A DNA stretch of 64,000 nt from a virus. Lineage: Duplodnaviria; Caudoviricetes. Below are positions 11,296-19,652 of the stretch, in pieces. Where the stretch lies: IMG/VR virus record IMGVR_UViG_3300047539_000055. One strand, given 5' to 3'. The translations under genes were made by a program, and so were the position numbers. The notes under the pieces were generated by a model, which ran no database searches, was not told where the DNA came from, and saw only the letters and a list, made by a program, of their open reading frames with translations. Each line of letters starts with the position of its first letter. Position 1 is the stretch's first letter.

Positions 11296-11763
11296 ATGAA
11301 TAAATTAATTGCTATTTTTCTTTGTATGTTGTTTCCGATTACGGCGTTTGCTGGTGATAACAGTTTCAAGATCGCTTATGATGGTGGATCAATTTCAGGT
11401 GTTAAATCTGGAGTCGAAATGAAACTCTTCATTGAAGGCAATCAAATTCGAATCGTAAAAGGTAAGGATGATTTCGTGATAATTCCCGCAGCATCCGTGA
11501 CCGAAATTAGCTATGGTCAAGATGTTCATCGGCGCGTGGGAGCAGCTATTGGTTTGGCAGTTGTCTCATTTGGTATTGGGGCATTGATGGTTTTGACCAA
11601 ATCAAAGAAGCATTTTGTCGGCTTAACATGGGATGATGGGGGCAAGAAAGGCGGTATTGCGTTTCAAGCAGATAAAAACAACTATCGAGGTTTGTTGACT
11701 GGGCTGGAAGGTATTACTGGTAAAAAAGCGTTTGATTCAGACGCTATGACAGTAAAGAACTAA
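11296..11763 (+). CDS. Secreted/membrane hypothetical protein, host-like
   Basis: Signal peptide ending AFA; internal hydrophobic segment; RBS AAAGG. Confidence 0.65.
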   Translation: MNKLIAIFLCMLFPITAFAGDNSFKIAYDGGSISGVKSGVEMKLFIEGNQIRIVKGKDDFVIIPAASVTEISYGQDVHRRVGAAIGLAVVSFGIGALMVLTKSKKHFVGLTWDDGGKKGGIAFQADKNNYRGLLTGLEGITGKKAFDSDAMTVKN

Positions 11764-11798
11764 TAGGGAAATTAATGACACCCATGAATTGGCATTTC

Positions 11799-11926
11799 TA
11801 ACTTACTGATTCTAAAGGGGCAAAATCTCGGTTTTGCCTCTATTTAGCGTTCTAAGGGGTCTGGACGTGTCCTAGCATGGTTTCGACTTGAAAACGCTCT
11901 AAAAGGGCATTCTGAGCCTTAAAATG
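11799..11926 (+). repeat. ~130 bp structured intergenic repeat, copy A
   Basis: Similar to 59328-59454 (TGATTCTAAAGGG, GCAAAA..TTTTGCC hairpin, GCGTT.TAAGGGGTC, CTTGAAA, CTGAGCCT.AAAAT). Confidence 0.75.
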
Positions 11927-11971
11927 CAAGAAAAATTACCACATTTTTCTTGCAAATAAGTCGAATTTTGG

Positions 11972-12000
11972 TTGACTTTTGCCTGTGAATTTGGTATACT
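11972..12000 (+). promoter_or_regulatory. sigma70-like early promoter
   Basis: TTGACT-N17-TATACT. Confidence 0.75.
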
Positions 12001-12026
12001 ATATTTGTAGTTGAGAGGATAAACCC

Positions 12027-12311
12027 ATGATTCAAAAAGGCGACATTGTAAAAATCGGGGTTGGCAGAGCAGACGTTCCTACGGAATCCAACAAAGTTAC
12101 CCCATTTACCAACAAAAAGTGGGGCAGGAATGTTTTTGCTCGTGTCCTTTCTGTGAGTGAGTACAGGAAGAAAAGAAAAGGGCCAGCGTTTACGTGCAAT
12201 ATTCCCAACCAATGGGGGAATTGCTTGAAGGTGGTTGGCATGGGTCGCACCGATTGCTATCAGTTGGCGACGGATTCTGAAGTTGTAATGTTCAAATTGG
12301 AGCAAGAATGA
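12027..12311 (+). CDS. Hypothetical protein ending in VVMFKLEQE
   Basis: RBS GAGGA; follows early promoter. Confidence 0.65.
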   Translation: MIQKGDIVKIGVGRADVPTESNKVTPFTNKKWGRNVFARVLSVSEYRKKRKGPAFTCNIPNQWGNCLKVVGMGRTDCYQLATDSEVVMFKLEQE

Positions 12312-12498
12312 TTCTCATTTTGGTTATGATTTCATTGCTCGTGGTTATTTGGTTACTCAGGGACGCATAAATGATTGCTTTGTTGTGGATACTTTTGATA
12401 TTTTTGTTTTTGTTTCATGAGAGCCGCCGTGGGCTTGGTTGCCTGTGGTGGCTGTTATTGTTGTTTTTGATTATTCATGGTTGCAGATAAGGAATTGT

Positions 12499-12834
12499 AT
12501 GTTGGAATTACCGAGTATCGAAAATTTGTCTATTGGTATAGATATTCCACTTCGGAGACTTATCAAACAAGGATTGTTCGGTATTTCACGAGAATTCAAA
12601 ACAGCAAAAGTTCGGCGCGAACTTCTTGTCAAAAATAATATTTGTTCTATATGCAATACTTTGATGAATGATAGTAAAGAAACGCATGTTGATCATATGT
12701 GGACGAAAAATGAAGCAACAAACGCCGTGTTTGACGGGAGTCTTGATTTGATATCGGCCTTCAATCGGCTTCAAGCACCAGAAAATTTACGAGTAGTTCA
12801 TGCTTCCTGTAATTGGGGAAGGAATAAGAAATAA
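12499..12834 (+). CDS. HNH-like small nuclease
   Basis: CSIC...HVDH...NLRVVHASCN. Confidence 0.6.
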   Translation: MLELPSIENLSIGIDIPLRRLIKQGLFGISREFKTAKVRRELLVKNNICSICNTLMNDSKETHVDHMWTKNEATNAVFDGSLDLISAFNRLQAPENLRVVHASCNWGRNKK

Positions 12835-12872
12835 TTTTGTTATAAGTTATTGATTTATAGAAAGGTAGTAAA

Positions 12873-13229
12873 ATGAAATTGTTTGCTTTAATCTCATTGA
12901 GTTTGATTCTTGGATGTGTAGGTTGTAATTTTATTTCTACAACAGACCGAGTAAATTATACAATAATAATGTCAGATGATTGGCAAATTGGTGAAGAAAG
13001 GGCTTGTTTCTATAAGGCAAACGATTTTATAGTTGATTGTGGCTTGGGTTATCCAAATAGTTCTAAGCGCAATTTTGAAGTGCTTATTCCAAAGCGAGTA
13101 AGATATTCAACAAAAACAGCACTTTCTCGTGACATAAATAGTTTCTGGTACAATAAAGTGCCAATTTATTGCTTAAGAAATGATACAAATAAATTGTTTG
13201 CTGATTCGGCCACATTTATTTGCAAATAA
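12873..13229 (+). CDS. Putative lipoprotein
   Basis: Signal peptide with LGC/VGC lipobox-like Cys. Confidence 0.5.
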   Translation: MKLFALISLSLILGCVGCNFISTTDRVNYTIIMSDDWQIGEERACFYKANDFIVDCGLGYPNSSKRNFEVLIPKRVRYSTKTALSRDINSFWYNKVPIYCLRNDTNKLFADSATFICK

Positions 13230-13270
13230 ATACCGCAACTTGTTGATTTTATCGACAGTTGCGGTATTTT
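13229..13270 (+). terminator. Intrinsic terminator-like hairpin
   Basis: AATACCGCAAC...GTTGCGGTATT then T run. Confidence 0.6.
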
Positions 13271-13271
13271 G

Positions 13272-13300
13272 TTGACAAACTGAGTAAAGTTTGCTACAAT
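13272..13300 (+). promoter_or_regulatory. sigma70-like early promoter for R-M operon
   Basis: TTGACA-N17-TACAAT. Confidence 0.7.
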
Positions 13301-13347
13301 TAAAACATTGCATAAATCCTATCAATGATAGGTAGAAAGAGCCTGTG

Positions 13348-14649
13348 ATGGCGACAGTAACAGTTCATGATGGAATATCTCGCGGTAATGTTATCCACGA
13401 GCAAACATTTACTTTACTAAAGGGTTTACACCCGACTAATAGCGGAAATACTGTTATTACTGTGGAAGGCTTTACCTTATATGGCCGTCCAAAAGCAAAT
13501 ATTGAGGTAGAGTCGAGCGCAGATTTTACTGTTTATGGTGAACTTCCATTAGTAACAAAAACACCTAAATCAAGCGTGGAGAGAACAGCGAAAAGAACAG
13601 CAAGAGCCGAAGCAAAGGAACTGGCGAAGATAAAAAAGATGGCAAGAAAAGGTGAGCAATCTGAAAGTAACGGAACTGATTTTGAATTAGAGGTTGCAAA
13701 ACGGCTTGAGGAAATTACTAAATTTCAAATTACAGGTATGACTAAAAAATTGGATTCAGCATCAGAAAGAACGCGCATTCCTATAGATAAAGTATTGACA
13801 GATTCCCTTCGACATGTTCTTGCACAAGAAAAATTGAATTCATTTCAAAATAATATTGCTGGACGAATTAAAATGAATCCTGACTCTCAAGCGAAGATAA
13901 CAGGAGATGTAAGTGATATTACTCTTATCGTAGATTCTGCTGAGATAAAGCCATCACAACTTATAAATGTTTCATTGAAAGTAAATAATAGTGAATTCAA
14001 ACATCCTTGGTATAGACCCAATACTAATATCTTGAGTATTCTAACTTCTGAGATGTGTAATACATCTGTTGACGGAGCAAAAAAAATATCAGATGTGTTT
14101 AAGCGTATAGCCAAAAATGGTTATGATTACTGGGAAGGTGAAGGCGAAACTGGTAAAAAAGGAGATGATTGCTGCCCCATAGCAATAAAGCGCGGATATT
14201 ACCAAGAGTTGCTTGATATTTTGCGAGATGAGTTGTTACCTATTCAGTGTAATGCCATCGTAATCAAATCGCTTTTTTATTATGTAATAGGGTCTAAAAG
14301 TTATTATCAATTTATCAAAACAAAAAAAGATGACATTACAATCAAGGCGTATAATATCAATGATCCTGCATTGAAACAGGTAACAGTAAGTAACATACCT
14401 ACTTCCATAAATTCTATTAAAATTGAAAATGGAACTCGTGGCGGTCGCGAATTACATATTAAATTCCCTAATGATGTTGTTTTGATAATCAGGATACACA
14501 ACGATTCTGACAAAATCAAAACAACTGCAAAAACAGGTAGTGAGATTAAGGGCTTCAAAATGGGTATAACATTGAGTGATCCTACTAATCAAATATTTAC
14601 TCCTATATTGCCAACCAAGATAACAGCATCCAATTTTCAAGGAGAATAA
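13348..14649 (+). CDS. HaeIII-family type II restriction endonuclease with extra N-terminal phage domain
   Basis: SNGxxFE, GDVSDI, VSLKxN..FKH, IRIHN motifs as recalled for the HaeIII family; directly upstream of a HaeIII-like MTase. Confidence 0.7.
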   Translation: MATVTVHDGISRGNVIHEQTFTLLKGLHPTNSGNTVITVEGFTLYGRPKANIEVESSADFTVYGELPLVTKTPKSSVERTAKRTARAEAKELAKIKKMARKGEQSESNGTDFELEVAKRLEEITKFQITGMTKKLDSASERTRIPIDKVLTDSLRHVLAQEKLNSFQNNIAGRIKMNPDSQAKITGDVSDITLIVDSAEIKPSQLINVSLKVNNSEFKHPWYRPNTNILSILTSEMCNTSVDGAKKISDVFKRIAKNGYDYWEGEGETGKKGDDCCPIAIKRGYYQELLDILRDELLPIQCNAIVIKSLFYYVIGSKSYYQFIKTKKDDITIKAYNINDPALKQVTVSNIPTSINSIKIENGTRGGRELHIKFPNDVVLIIRIHNDSDKIKTTAKTGSEIKGFKMGITLSDPTNQIFTPILPTKITASNFQGE

Positions 14650-14657
14650 ATAGTTTT

Positions 14658-15599
14658 ATGACTTTACTATCATTATTTGCTGGCGCTGGTGGAATGGATT
14701 TTGGATTCCATCAAGCAGGTTTTAAAACAATTTGGGCTAACGAATTTGATAAAAATATTAGTCCTTCATATAGGAATTATTTTCCAAAAGTTAAATTTGA
14801 TGGTAGATCAATTGTTGACATACCAAATGAAGATTTACCAACAAACATAACTGGAGTTATTGGCGGCCCGCCTTGTCAATCTTGGAGTGCAGCCGGAGCA
14901 AGAAGAGGAATTGATGACAAAAGAGGAAAATTATTTTTTGAATATTTACGAGTGATTGAACATACAAAACCATTGTTTTTTGTTGCTGAAAATGTTTCTG
15001 GTATACTTCATAAAAAGCATAGTCAAGCATTTGAGGATATAATCCACTCTTTTGAATCATTGGACTATTCTGTAACTTGGAAACTGGTAAACGCGGCCGA
15101 TTATGAAGTTCCACAAGATAGAAAACGAGTAATCATCGTTGGTTATCATAAATCTCTCAATAAGAGTTTTGTGTTTCCGAAGCCCATTCTTTTAAAGAAA
15201 TCAATGAAAGATGTAATTTTTGATTTACAAAATCAATCATTTGGTGTAAACAATCACGAATTTAAAGAGGGTGGATTTTCATCAATATTTTTAAGTAGAC
15301 AACGAGTGCGTGATTGGAATGATCAATCATTTACCATATTAGCAACAGCCAAGCATATTCCATTTCATCCATCGTCACCAAAAATGATTAAAATAAGTAC
15401 AGATATTTGGAAACTTGAACAAAATAAGGAAAATGATTATCGTCGGTTAACGGTTAGAGAATGTGCAAGAATTCAAACTTTTCCTGATGATTATAAATTT
15501 TTGTATTCAAACATAGATTATGGTTATAAAATGATAGGGAATGCAGTTCCAGTAAAATTAGCATATCATATTGCCAAAACGATTAAAAATGATTTATAA
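14658..15599 (+). CDS. DNA (cytosine-5)-methyltransferase, M.HaeIII-like
   Basis: SLFAGAGGMD, GGPPCQSWS, ENV, QDRKRV, SRxRVRxW, RRLTVRECARIQTFPD, YKMIGNAVP. Confidence 0.92.
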   Translation: MTLLSLFAGAGGMDFGFHQAGFKTIWANEFDKNISPSYRNYFPKVKFDGRSIVDIPNEDLPTNITGVIGGPPCQSWSAAGARRGIDDKRGKLFFEYLRVIEHTKPLFFVAENVSGILHKKHSQAFEDIIHSFESLDYSVTWKLVNAADYEVPQDRKRVIIVGYHKSLNKSFVFPKPILLKKSMKDVIFDLQNQSFGVNNHEFKEGGFSSIFLSRQRVRDWNDQSFTILATAKHIPFHPSSPKMIKISTDIWKLEQNKENDYRRLTVRECARIQTFPDDYKFLYSNIDYGYKMIGNAVPVKLAYHIAKTIKNDL

Positions 15600-15740
15600 A
15601 ATTCATAATCGAAAACCAGCCTAAAAAGTAAGTAATGAAAGTTCTTGTAGCTGTACCAGTAATCACAAGAATAGCAAAACAAATACAACTTCAATAATTT
15701 TCAACTGTGTCTACCGCATTAGTGTAGAAAAGGAAATAAA

Positions 15741-16238
15741 ATGGCAAACCCATTGATAAAAAAGGCAGTAATAACAAAAAAAGGATTTTTTAGAGTTAGA
15801 AGCGAAGCAAGCCTTTGTGGACACTTCTTACACCCCCAAAAAGGAATTACAACAGGAAATTCAAAATATGGAACACATAAGGTAGCAGTTTCTATTGCGC
15901 TTGATGGTAAGTATGATGATGATCAAATTGCGTTTGCCGCCGCTTGCGAAAGTTTTGAGTATAGTGGACGCTCTGGATATGCTTCAAAGGGTACAAAGCA
16001 GATCAAAGATCAAATTTGGAACACTGATAACAACGCACTGCGAGAATCTCGTGAGCAAAATTTTCCTATCAGCGTTTTTGTGGCGGAATGGGATGAGAAT
16101 GGTAAAAAGTTGGGATATCAACTTTTACCAGACAATTATTATGTTTGGGAAATAAAAGATGGCAATGTTGATGGTGTTACTCTTAATCCTCAAACTGGAC
16201 ATGCACAAATCAAGTTTGTTTTGAAACCTGGCAAGTGA
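15741..16238 (+). CDS. Stand-alone SRA/YDG-like domain protein (putative 5mC reader)
   Basis: HPQKGI, AVSIALDGKYDDD, FEYSGRSG, QIKDQ, NNAL, PISV match SRA core pattern; no nuclease domain attached. Confidence 0.7.
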   Translation: MANPLIKKAVITKKGFFRVRSEASLCGHFLHPQKGITTGNSKYGTHKVAVSIALDGKYDDDQIAFAAACESFEYSGRSGYASKGTKQIKDQIWNTDNNALRESREQNFPISVFVAEWDENGKKLGYQLLPDNYYVWEIKDGNVDGVTLNPQTGHAQIKFVLKPGK

Positions 16239-16251
16239 AAATTTTGATAAA

Positions 16252-16905
16252 TTATTGATCTAAAAGGTCAGCATTCTTTCTAATCGTTTCCAATTCCTCA
16301 GTGACTTCTGCATTCACATCCCCGCCCCATTGATCAGCAAAAGCTGCCGCGATACCAGGAAAAGTACGATTACGAATCTTCACACGATCTTTGACTGGTG
16401 CGAATGCACTCCACTTCGCCATTACTTTTCCACTTTTGAGGGTAACTTGCTCACCACGATCAACAATATTGGTTGGAACAAGTTTTGGAAGATTCTTGAG
16501 CCATAGGCAAGTAGTTTTTTGAAAGCTATCTCCGAATTGATATGGCTGAATGATCTGATCTGGCTTGCGCCATAACGTACTCATGATTCCGACAGGGTTC
16601 TCAATTGCTAATTTTGGTATTTTGCAGTTTGCAACGGCCATAAAAAACTCAATTCCTTTTTGTTGTCTGCCGTCTGCTCTTTTTTCTTTAAACCATCTGG
16701 CTCCGGAAACAGTAAGGTGTGTACATGGAGGGTGCATAATACCCAAGTCCCACGAGCCGTCGTTCATAATTTCAAGCAAGTCACCGTGGATATGATTTCC
16801 ACCAGTTTCAGAGGCTTCTAAATCACAGGAATAGGCTTCATGGCCTAGTGCTTTGAAGGCATCTCTGGTCCGACCACTGAACTCACAACCGATTAAAACG
16901 CGCAT
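16252..16905 (-). CDS. Short phage-type DNA cytosine methyltransferase
   Basis: MRVLIGCEFSG, HPPCTHL, IENPVG, IQPYQFG, KTTCLWLKNLP, RTFPGIAAAFADQW; late promoter CTAAATA upstream. Confidence 0.8.
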   Translation of the reverse strand: MRVLIGCEFSGRTRDAFKALGHEAYSCDLEASETGGNHIHGDLLEIMNDGSWDLGIMHPPCTHLTVSGARWFKEKRADGRQQKGIEFFMAVANCKIPKLAIENPVGIMSTLWRKPDQIIQPYQFGDSFQKTTCLWLKNLPKLVPTNIVDRGEQVTLKSGKVMAKWSAFAPVKDRVKIRNRTFPGIAAAFADQWGGDVNAEVTEELETIRKNADLLDQ

Positions 16906-16976
16906 GATTCAATACCTCTGAGGTATTTAGCAATAACCTATTGACAAATGGCTCCCCACCATAGTATAATCATAAT

Positions 16977-17480
16977 ATGATTCTAAAAATTGTCAAATAC
17001 CCCGATCCAATTCTCTCCCAAGTCGGAGAAGCTATCACTGAATTCAATGCGGATTTACATACGCTGATAGCCGACTTGTTTGAAACCACCTATGCCAATC
17101 AAGGTATTGGTTTATCAGCACATCAAGTAGGCATAGCAAAGCGTGTGGCTGTAATTGATATCAGTAGAGGCGAGAGTTCCGCAGACAAATTAGTACTTAT
17201 CAATCCTGAGATTATTTTCAAAGAAAGATTTATGTATGAAGAAGAAGGATGTCTCAGCTTCTCCCCAGATATTCGTGAAAAAATTGTTCGCTATGCCAAA
17301 GTAACGGTTCGCTCTCAGAATGAACAAGGCGAGTGGTTTGAGATGGACGGTGAAAATCTATTGTCAAGGGCGATGCAACACGAGATAGACCACCTTGATG
17401 GAATATTGTTTATTTTTCGTATGAGTTCTCTCAAGCGCAATCTTAATATGCGTAAAATTCGCAAGATGCAACAGAAATGA
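16977..17480 (+). CDS. def: Peptide deformylase
   Basis: GIGLSAHQVG, EGCLS, QHEIDHLDG. Confidence 0.95.
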   Translation: MILKIVKYPDPILSQVGEAITEFNADLHTLIADLFETTYANQGIGLSAHQVGIAKRVAVIDISRGESSADKLVLINPEIIFKERFMYEEEGCLSFSPDIREKIVRYAKVTVRSQNEQGEWFEMDGENLLSRAMQHEIDHLDGILFIFRMSSLKRNLNMRKIRKMQQK

Positions 17481-17483
17481 CTT

Positions 17484-18518
17484 ATGGAATCCGCACTACA
17501 AACTCGCGATTCGTTCCGCAATGGAGTCTTCCAGCGCGATAAGAATTTGTGTGTCATTTGTGGCAAAGCAGGGCAAGATGCCCATCACATTATGGAAAGA
17601 CGACTTTTCCCTGATGGTGGATATTATTTTGATAACGGTGCTGTCGTTTGCGGCGAGTGTCATATCAAAGCTGAACAAACCTTAATCACAACTGAAGAAT
17701 TGAGAGAAGCGATTGGCATTGAAACTGTCATTCTTCCGCCACATTTGTATCCAGATCAACGATACGATAAATGGGGAAATCCAATTATTGACAATGGAAT
17801 GAGACTTCGTGGAGAACTTTTCGAGGATGTAAGTGTTCAGAAAGTTCTTGCGCCTGTTCTACATTTGTTTTCTTACAAGGTAAAATATCCGCGTACATTT
17901 CACTTACCTTGGAGTCCTGGCGCAACTAAAGATGACAGAATGCTTTCAACGGATGTTGTTGACTCTTGGAATTGGGAAGTGGTTATAACCGAGAAAATGG
18001 ATGGAGAAAATACTACCCTATACAAAAATGATTTACACGCGAGAAGTCTTGACTACGAACCACATCCAAGCCGTAATAAGATCAAGGCACTCCATAGTCA
18101 GATTGGATACAATATTCCGGATAATTGGAGAATCTGTGTAGAAAACCTGACAGCGGTTCACTCAATCAAATATATGAATTTACCTTCTATCTGTGCTGTG
18201 TTTAGCATATGGGATGGATGCAGTTGTATGAGTTGGGATGATACTGTTACGTTTGCTCAGGTGTTGAACTTGGATACCGTGCCTGTTATTTGGCGCGGAA
18301 TGTGGAATCAATTTGACAGCGAATCTTTTGGGTTGAATTTAGCTAAACAGCTTGATACTATCAAACAAGAAGGGTATGTCATTCGTCCAGCCGCATCGTT
18401 TCAGTTCAAAGATTTCCGAACTATGGTTGGCAAGTATGTTCGCGCCAAACACGTACAAACTCATGGACATTGGATGCGCCAAAAAATAGATTTCAATATT
18501 GTCAATCCTATGCTATAA
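17484..18518 (+). CDS. HNH domain fused to ATP-dependent RNA ligase (Rnl2-like)
   Basis: N-term CVIC..AHHI..NG..C.ECH; ligase KYPRTFHLPWSPG, TEKMDGEN, EGYVIR, KYVR. Confidence 0.8.
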   Translation: MESALQTRDSFRNGVFQRDKNLCVICGKAGQDAHHIMERRLFPDGGYYFDNGAVVCGECHIKAEQTLITTEELREAIGIETVILPPHLYPDQRYDKWGNPIIDNGMRLRGELFEDVSVQKVLAPVLHLFSYKVKYPRTFHLPWSPGATKDDRMLSTDVVDSWNWEVVITEKMDGENTTLYKNDLHARSLDYEPHPSRNKIKALHSQIGYNIPDNWRICVENLTAVHSIKYMNLPSICAVFSIWDGCSCMSWDDTVTFAQVLNLDTVPVIWRGMWNQFDSESFGLNLAKQLDTIKQEGYVIRPAASFQFKDFRTMVGKYVRAKHVQTHGHWMRQKIDFNIVNPML

Positions 18519-18526
18519 TTAGAAAC

Positions 18527-19534
18527 ATGAAAACAATTCTAGTAACTGGTGGTTGCGGTTTTATCGGTTCAAATTTTATTTTACAATATCTAAAAAATCA
18601 TCCTAATGACAATATCGTAAATTTAGACTTGCTTACCTATGCGGCCAACAAAGAAAATTTGAAAGAATTAGAAGATGATAGGAGATACTCCTTTGTTTTT
18701 GGCAATGTTTGTGATGGTGACTTAATCAACTATATTTTGGATTATTATCAACCATCTTCTGTAGTTCATTTTGCCGCTGAAACGCATGTGGATCGCTCTA
18801 TTACTGGGCCAGCCGCGTTCATTCAAACTAATATTGTGGGAACTTTTACATTGTTGGAAGCCCTCCGTAAATATTGGCTAAGTTTTAATTCTGTATTCTC
18901 TACATTTCGTATGGTTCATGTAAGCACCGATGAAGTGTATGGTTCTCTGAGTTTTACCGATCTTCCATTTTCTGAAACAACACCTTACGCACCCAATAGT
19001 CCATATTCGGCAAGCAAAGCCGCCGCCGATCATTTAGTGCGTTCATACTTTCATACATATGGATTCCCTGCCATTATCACCAATTGTTCAAATAACTATG
19101 GCCCTTTTCAATTTGAAGAAAAGTTGATTCCCCATATGATTAATTGTGCCATAACTGGGAAGAAACTTCCGGTTTATGGTAATGGAAAAAATGTTCGTGA
19201 TTGGTTATATGTTGAAGATCATTGTTCTGCTTTAGAAGCGGTTCTTGAAAAAGGTGTAGTCGGTGAAAAATACAATATTGGTGGCAATTGTGAAATGAAC
19301 AATGTTGAACTGGTTCATTGTATTTGTAGTATTTTGGACAAGCTAAAGCCAACAATTTTTAAGTATAAGGATCAAATAGAATTTGTAACTGATAGAGCAG
19401 GACACGATCTACGATACGCAATTGACAGCACAAAAATACAAAATGAACTTGGTTGGAAGCCACAACAATCTTTTGATTCTGGGTTAGAAAAAACTATTGA
19501 ATGGTACTTGAAACAGTGGCCTTCTGTGGTATAA
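18527..19534 (+). CDS. rfbB: dTDP-glucose 4,6-dehydratase
   Basis: GGCGFIGSNF, HFAAETHVDRSI, STDEVYG, YSASK, NNYGP, RDWLYVEDH, DRAGHDLRYAID. Confidence 0.95.
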   Translation: MKTILVTGGCGFIGSNFILQYLKNHPNDNIVNLDLLTYAANKENLKELEDDRRYSFVFGNVCDGDLINYILDYYQPSSVVHFAAETHVDRSITGPAAFIQTNIVGTFTLLEALRKYWLSFNSVFSTFRMVHVSTDEVYGSLSFTDLPFSETTPYAPNSPYSASKAAADHLVRSYFHTYGFPAIITNCSNNYGPFQFEEKLIPHMINCAITGKKLPVYGNGKNVRDWLYVEDHCSALEAVLEKGVVGEKYNIGGNCEMNNVELVHCICSILDKLKPTIFKYKDQIEFVTDRAGHDLRYAIDSTKIQNELGWKPQQSFDSGLEKTIEWYLKQWPSVV

Positions 19535-19652
19535 TAAAAACATGGATACGAGGCTATAAAAGACCTACTCTGCTAAATACAGACGAACATCTCCGCGCCC
19601 AATTCACATTGGGCCATTTTTATACATAAAATACACAAAGAGGTATCATAAA

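Noticed and set aside
15634-15697. Tiny ORF MKVLVAVP.. resembling the start of the short MTase family
   Set aside because: Only six residues of similarity; cannot be distinguished from chance
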